Positions 58,301 through 62,477 of a stretch of DNA of 62,477 bases are shown in pieces. The stretch's first letter is position 1; each line of letters opens with the position of its first letter. The position numbers and the translations under genes were made by a program. The DNA is taken from contig JALAGF010005348.1 in the NCBI GenBank assembly GCA_030167865.1, forward strand, positions 1 through 62,477. Direction: 5' to 3'. The notes under the pieces are model-generated. The model did not search any database, was not told where the DNA came from, and saw only the letters and a list, made by a program, of their open reading frames with translations. Source of the DNA: Craspedostauros australis (Eukaryota).

Positions 58301-59086
58301 GATGACGGTCAAACCGTCGCGACAGTGCGGAGCCTTGCTGCAAGCGTGAAGACCGTGCCTGCCGAGATTGGAATCGTGGTTGCATCGCAAGACTCTCCAG
58401 CAACTTCCACTTCGAGAGCAACAGGTGTGCCCCCGGCTATCGTGATGTCGGCATCCACATCTACAGCAGCTGACCAAGGGTTTGGACCAGACTCCAAACT
58501 CTCGAAGCTCCGCAAGGAGCTCTCAGCTGCCAGGGCTCGATTGGCCGCAGCACGAGGCGAACCCAAGCCAATCGTACAAAGCAAGCAGCTGTCCGGTAAG
58601 GAGACTGCCGCATCAAAGTCAAAGTCAACGCCAGTCGTTACGCCTGAAAAAAAGAAGCGAAGGGATATTCCAACAACGGTGACCACCGTCGCCACTTCGT
58701 CCAGCGCATCAGCGACAACGGCACGCACAGCATTCTCGACACCGGCGATCAACACTGCAGCAACAACCGTGACTGCAACGACGACGACGACGGCGGAAGA
58801 ACCAGAAGACAGTTTGGCGCAGCTGCAGAAAGAACTGGAGCAGTCCAGCATGCGACTGACTGCAGCCAACCGAAAGCTGGAAGGCCTGGTCAACACCAAC
58901 GACAGCCCTCGCGCGCGCAGCAGCAACAACAACAAGGCGGTCGAAGTGGCCAAGGCACTGTTGGAGAAGTCCGCAGGCAAGCAGAACGAACAGAAAACGC
59001 AGATGCCGCCCTCGCGGGATAGCGATTCCATCAACGAGGTCACGACGACCGCTTCTGAGGGGGGATTCGAAGTGACGGGAGGGTGA
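55397..59086 (+). CDS. Hypothetical long coiled-coil protein (~1230 aa)
   Basis: Long ORF with coding-like codon bias and an extended E/K/L/Q heptad-rich central region. A possible donor (gtgagt) at 59083 could alter the extreme C-terminus. Confidence 0.8.
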   Translation: MTTRAVDIADMSAGAPISGIGNGVNNSVNNGVGNNRYAYGNGLRSPTSINTSPRHARNKPMAMNQRNAHMQQHFQKQPQHAASITNQGRPMAKVTAKGYNTAQYHSRMYKQNLQHKDPNGSHTDDMFKSQRTAPNSPQHEFLHPTMCMPMPMNLIGINTSATACVSDTVEVSKDYAKKYEPKAKQGWHKAMDVAEEAGRATAAGVQEFSITAAEVYRQECRSNDRGNDDAFFVNPQSPSASPNDDSSIVDANTPSRSRSRGNGHISESSSSNDDRRRRRRGQSRGRSREPRDPEPFQSHKGMRYPKAIHIMKEPVKSQTRQQEPPDTRFKESEIFTGLVDDDRPKSTPRRKAPAQTGDSDNNKMLREARLQLFKMGQNEEFSESEVRLVRALDELKRQDETIEKLHGQLRVSTKALNETTKQLEESRLTAQKRQYASTETRAKAVQEKKRLETILAKEINDKRKFKAQISQLQTDAAQLKVALRMARSKPREEPEGRSNPQTPTTPEKSGSFDKSASSTAQLIAMRAELVDLRSQLAEAHAAKIDDSSSVRSTTETERLTSTVVELNNQLNQLRQIEQQLTEEKALHAGEADKLRRTVKQLETKLLETEERLTKNLKTASETENSLRAELIKSRANAQRLERERQRKRTGNNGELERLKKQLVSAKDETSKLKQKIKDDQLTFKNEVLQLKNDMNGYRKRMTQNNQQGLLKGTEHMKEKRRWEKENTRLSNELRTAQEKCVKNETIITTLEHQLKTTNKPGQSAATIKKIHSRQEAMLKEQLSAAAAHEASLQAELKLQTQLRDVAERKSTKFKMEADRNRKASLENTALRQNEKNLKQEVLNLTVRLSEMGCEEKKSEVMDDVETRVAKEQAYLNEIFMLKNGLREAQNKAQEERFQLEESLRVLQDNETKRVAEIEQLQKHNEEARQEDAKLRAQMALLKRQIGGSSNTRPYAMIHRTPSAVFGTNDDGQTVATVRSLAASVKTVPAEIGIVVASQDSPATSTSRATGVPPAIVMSASTSTAADQGFGPDSKLSKLRKELSAARARLAAARGEPKPIVQSKQLSGKETAASKSKSTPVVTPEKKKRRDIPTTVTTVATSSSASATTARTAFSTPAINTAATTVTATTTTTAEEPEDSLAQLQKELEQSSMRLTAANRKLEGLVNTNDSPRARSSNNNKAVEVAKALLEKSAGKQNEQKTQMPPSRDSDSINEVTTTASEGGFEVTGG

Positions 59087-59683
59087 GTCTTTGTAGTTGC
59101 CAATGGAGATGCATTTTGCATCACTCGGCTTCCATGCTGCGTTTGTGTGTGCGCTGCGCTGGTGCGGAGTATGCTGTGCCCTGACGTATGATGCCCAAAC
59201 AAATTCACCACTCACAAACCAAGCATGAATGCCGCTGCTGCAAACTGCAATTACATCCATTCTACCAACCTTGCGCTGTGAATGACCGAGCACAGATTTG
59301 GTAACATGTGAAGTGAGATGGAAATGGTAGAGCACCGGCCTGATGGTGCACAGAACATCGATGGCCATGGGGGATGGGGGGAAGGAAGGGACGGGTCGAT
59401 GTCGATGTCCGTACGTTTGGATTAACTACAGATAGAGAGAGGAGTGCTCTGCCAAGATCTAGATCAGTCTGACTGTACGAGCATGACAGTAACTTCGCAT
59501 TGCGCTGTATCGAATTGCGCTATCCGGAGACACAAGGCCACAGCCGCAGTAGATCGTAGGACTGACACTGGTCCTCATGAATCGGTTTGCAAAGAGAGTG
59601 TAGTTGCGAATGCGTTGTCGTCAAGGTCGAGTCTTGTGTCCATTTGTGATGTCTCATGATGTTCCCAACCTGGTGAAGCATAG

Positions 59684-59732
59684 NNNNNNNNNNNNNNNNN
59701 NNNNNNNNNNNNNNNNNNNNNNNNNNNNNNNN
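59684..59732. other. Assembly gap (49 N)
   Basis: Run of N. Confidence 1.
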
Positions 59733-60629
59733 NATAGCATACCTATTGGCACAAACTCAACGACAAGAGGGTAATCTCCGAACAGTGCAGGTAGTGAATC
59801 GTGGGGCGCGGATGCGCCCCTGATAAACATTGAAACAACCCAGCCCCCTGCTCTTTCCTTTTCCCCCCGCGACCACAACTCATGTTCCTTCCATCGTCGC
59901 AACAAGCGAAGCATGAACGAAGCGAATGGACCGAAACAACCGCGATGGTCTGGTTCACTTTCCTTCCTGCTCCGTGGCGATTTTAGCATCTTTTTGGTCG
60001 GAAAAACAATAAAAATGAAGGCAGACTTTCTTTCGCTTTTCTCACTTTTTGACAACGACCACTCGGGGTATGGTTGAAGCAAGATTCATCACGGAATGAC
60101 AAAATGGCCCCCTGGCGCGGGTGTTCAATCAATCCCTCTCTTTCTGTCCGTGACCTTGCTGAAGAACAAGGACGATTGCGGCCACGATCACAACTCCACG
60201 CGCGAGTTGTTGTTCTCGCATGGAATGAAATCAATACACTGCATAGTATTGGTATGGTAGTTCATCAACAACCTGTGCGTAGCAACGGTTGAGAAAGCAT
60301 TGACAACGGTAGCAACTTGAGACATCTACCGAAAGAGTCACAGACACAAGACGAAAGGCATCGCGGGAGCGTCATCCAACCCTCATTCGATCCCACGCGA
60401 CTGTGGAGATAACTGCTCGCGCTTGATTGTCCTCGTACGCAATGGTACTGGTCGCGACATCAGTGATCCAACAGTCATCATTGGTGCGAAACTGCTACCA
60501 CAACAACAGCGCAACCACTCCATAAGTATAGTACCACCATCTTGTCTGACATTGCTATCCACACCAGCGGGATTGACGATGGCATCCTTGCGTATTTGTG
60601 CCCGCCACGAGGAGTTGAATGTTGGCTCT

Positions 60630-60745
60630 TCAGACATGAATTTCAATCTTGTGTTGCCAACGCTTCCAACGGAATATAGAATTGCCCTGTGCATTTGCAT
60701 CTCGATGCATATCCGTGCTATACAATCGGGAATGCACACGAGGCA
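60630..60745 (-). pseudogene. Possible degraded fragment of a Methyltransf_22-like methyltransferase
   Basis: The minus strand gives VCIPDCIA...ILYSVGSVGN, followed in another frame by KIEIHV*. This recalls the WVCDPHRI...YSVGSxGN...CEIHxFD motif order. Confidence 0.25.
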
Positions 60746-61894
60746 CTCTGCCAGTTGATCAATTCTAGCTCATCCTTGCGCAACTATGACCAGAGAGCTT
60801 GGGCCTCCCAAGAGAGTCGAAGACTGCGGTTCCAATTGCATCCCAATAGACCTGTCTTGTGGCTCGTCAAATCGCTTCCGGGTCGAGTGCTCTGCATCCA
60901 AACGCAGAAGACCAAAAGTATGGCGGAGGCGGAGATGAAGACTGTCTGATCTTGCGGTCATCGTGCGGAATACAATAGACTCCGATACAACTCTTCTTGA
61001 TGTCAATGAATGGCGCAGCGCCATGGCGACAAGGAACGTGGGAGTGGAGGGGTACAATGATGCATACTTTTATCAACTGTTTTGCCGAGAGAGCCCAAGC
61101 GCATTGCTATCCCAGAGCAGGATCAGCTCCTTCGCTTCTCGGTCTCTTCGGATTGAAGCCATGTCTCTTTCAGGGCCGGGGCTTCCCATCGCGAATGAAA
61201 TCACGAATGGAGGGTGATATGCAAGCCTCGAGTCCCTGGGAGGACACGTAGGATGGTATGGTGTAGGTAGGTACGAGGAGGTAGGCAGATATTGAGTTTC
61301 TGAGTCGAAGCGAGTTGTATGGTAGTATATATGGCACGGTGCTTCACTCCTTTCCAAGGCTTTGGACCATGCTCCCGCCTCCTGAGAATACCTTACTGCA
61401 CGAGTAATGCTTGTCAAGTGCTCTATCAACTCAGCTACGCCTCAATCCCTCCCTCAATCCCTCCCTCGATCCATTTCCATCTCATAAAATCCAACTGCTC
61501 TCACAAAGCAAGCGCAAATCAAACACAAAGAAACGCAAGAAGCAAGCAACCAAACGTGAGTAGCTTCTGCTCGTATTCGTCCTGCTTCATCTCGGTCCTC
61601 TTATCATCCTCCAATACGGCTCCCGCGCTTCTTCCCAATTCCATTTCACTCCTTTGCGATCTGCTACACGCTCTCGCCTCCTCTCGATGGCGTTGCATAT
61701 TCGTACCATTGCTCCACGAGATCCCCAAATTCTAACCTCGTTTCGTCTTCAACCCTTTGCTTCTCCTATCTGCTGGCTCCCCAAACAACCACAAACGTCG
61801 GTATGGCATGGCATGGCACAATGCCCTACTCTGGGAAATCCTGTCACATCCGCAGCGAGTTCATATCAGACAATCAACGAAGACAACGCTGACC

Positions 61895-62477
61895 ATGAAC
61901 GTCAAGACTCTCCTGGGATCGCTCGTGTTGAGCCAGATCGGCAGCAATGCCGTCCATGGCATGTTCGACACCGTCTCTGACGCTGGTGGATCCAACTCGG
62001 AGCCATGCCCGTTGGACTATCAGTTGCTCCGTTCCAGCGACTTCCAGTACTCGGGAGCACCAATCGAGATCGTGAGCCAGGACACCAGCTCCGTCTCCTT
62101 CAAGGTTTACAACGTGTGGCCACAAGACGGCCGCCCCACCGCCGAGATCTACACCGAGTACTCCGAGAACAACAGCATCGGCGGTGTCAACTGCGAGATG
62201 TTCGCCAACGTCCCGGCCAACCAGGACGTGGGCGAAACCTTCACTGCGCAGTGCTTCCAGACCAAGCCAAAATCGGTCGTCACCCTCTACGTGCGTGATC
62301 CCGACATCGACAAGACCATCGGAACTGGCAAAGTTCCGCAGTGCTGCCATGCCGACCTCTCTATCCAGTACGCAGTCCTCAAGTTCACCTACGTGCTCGA
62401 GTGCGTCCCAACCTGCGAAGATCCCACCCCATTCTCCAGCTGCGGTGACGGCACAGTGGATCCAGGTGAAGAGTGCG
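61895..62477 (+). CDS. Secreted cysteine-rich extracellular protein, 5' part only (runs off the window)
   Basis: My translation from ATG 61895 is open to the window end: MNVKTLLGSLVLSQIGSNAVHG...CPLDY...PIEIVSQDTSSVSFKVYNVW...FTAQC...VPQCCH...FTYVLECVPTC EDPTPFSSCGDGTVDPGEEC. C-ending codons are strongly favoured. It is absent from the ORF track because there is no stop. Confidence 0.85.
   Translation, partial: MNVKTLLGSLVLSQIGSNAVHGMFDTVSDAGGSNSEPCPLDYQLLRSSDFQYSGAPIEIVSQDTSSVSFKVYNVWPQDGRPTAEIYTEYSENNSIGGVNCEMFANVPANQDVGETFTAQCFQTKPKSVVTLYVRDPDIDKTIGTGKVPQCCHADLSIQYAVLKFTYVLECVPTCEDPTPFSSCGDGTVDPGEEC

Noticed and set aside
1..62477. CRISPR arrays, tRNA/rRNA genes, intact transposons
   Set aside because: I saw no regularly spaced repeats, no recognisable structural RNA motifs, and no RT, integrase or transposase ORFs. 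A tRNAscan/Infernal run would be needed to exclude small RNAs.

Overview
Eukaryotic nuclear DNA, most likely from a raphid pennate diatom. The evidence is bipartite signal+ASAF-type plastid presequences, GT-AG spliceosomal introns of about 190-650 nt, and CAA/GAT/TGCA simple repeats. I can support 17 protein-coding genes, with splice models built by hand. In order: RluA-type pseudouridine synthase; DENND4-like DENN-PPR protein; a giant (~2856 aa) CHD6-9-type chromatin remodeller with a very unusual nested domain architecture; class-3 lipase; an acylated disordered protein; Sua5; a small protein resembling a bacterial membrane/PH-like family; mitochondrial EF-G; a FYVE-ankyrin-RING protein; a putative thylakoid-lumen protein; a ferredoxin-thioredoxin reductase variable chain-like protein; acireductone dioxygenase; a 7-exon cyclophilin with a split start codon and an 11-nt micro-exon; a MYST acetyltransferase; a plastid pseudokinase; a coiled-coil protein; and the 5' part of a secreted Cys-rich protein missed by the ORF track. 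No rRNA, tRNA, CRISPR array or intact mobile element was recognised. The main findings are the CHD architecture (HMG-bromo-PHD inserted within chromodomain 2, plus PDZ, NUMOD1-like and three bromodomains), a shared AAGATGACGTCA motif upstream of plastid-targeted genes, and the PsaN-motif lumen protein head-to-head with FtrV. All domain calls come from motif recognition by eye, not from database searches.
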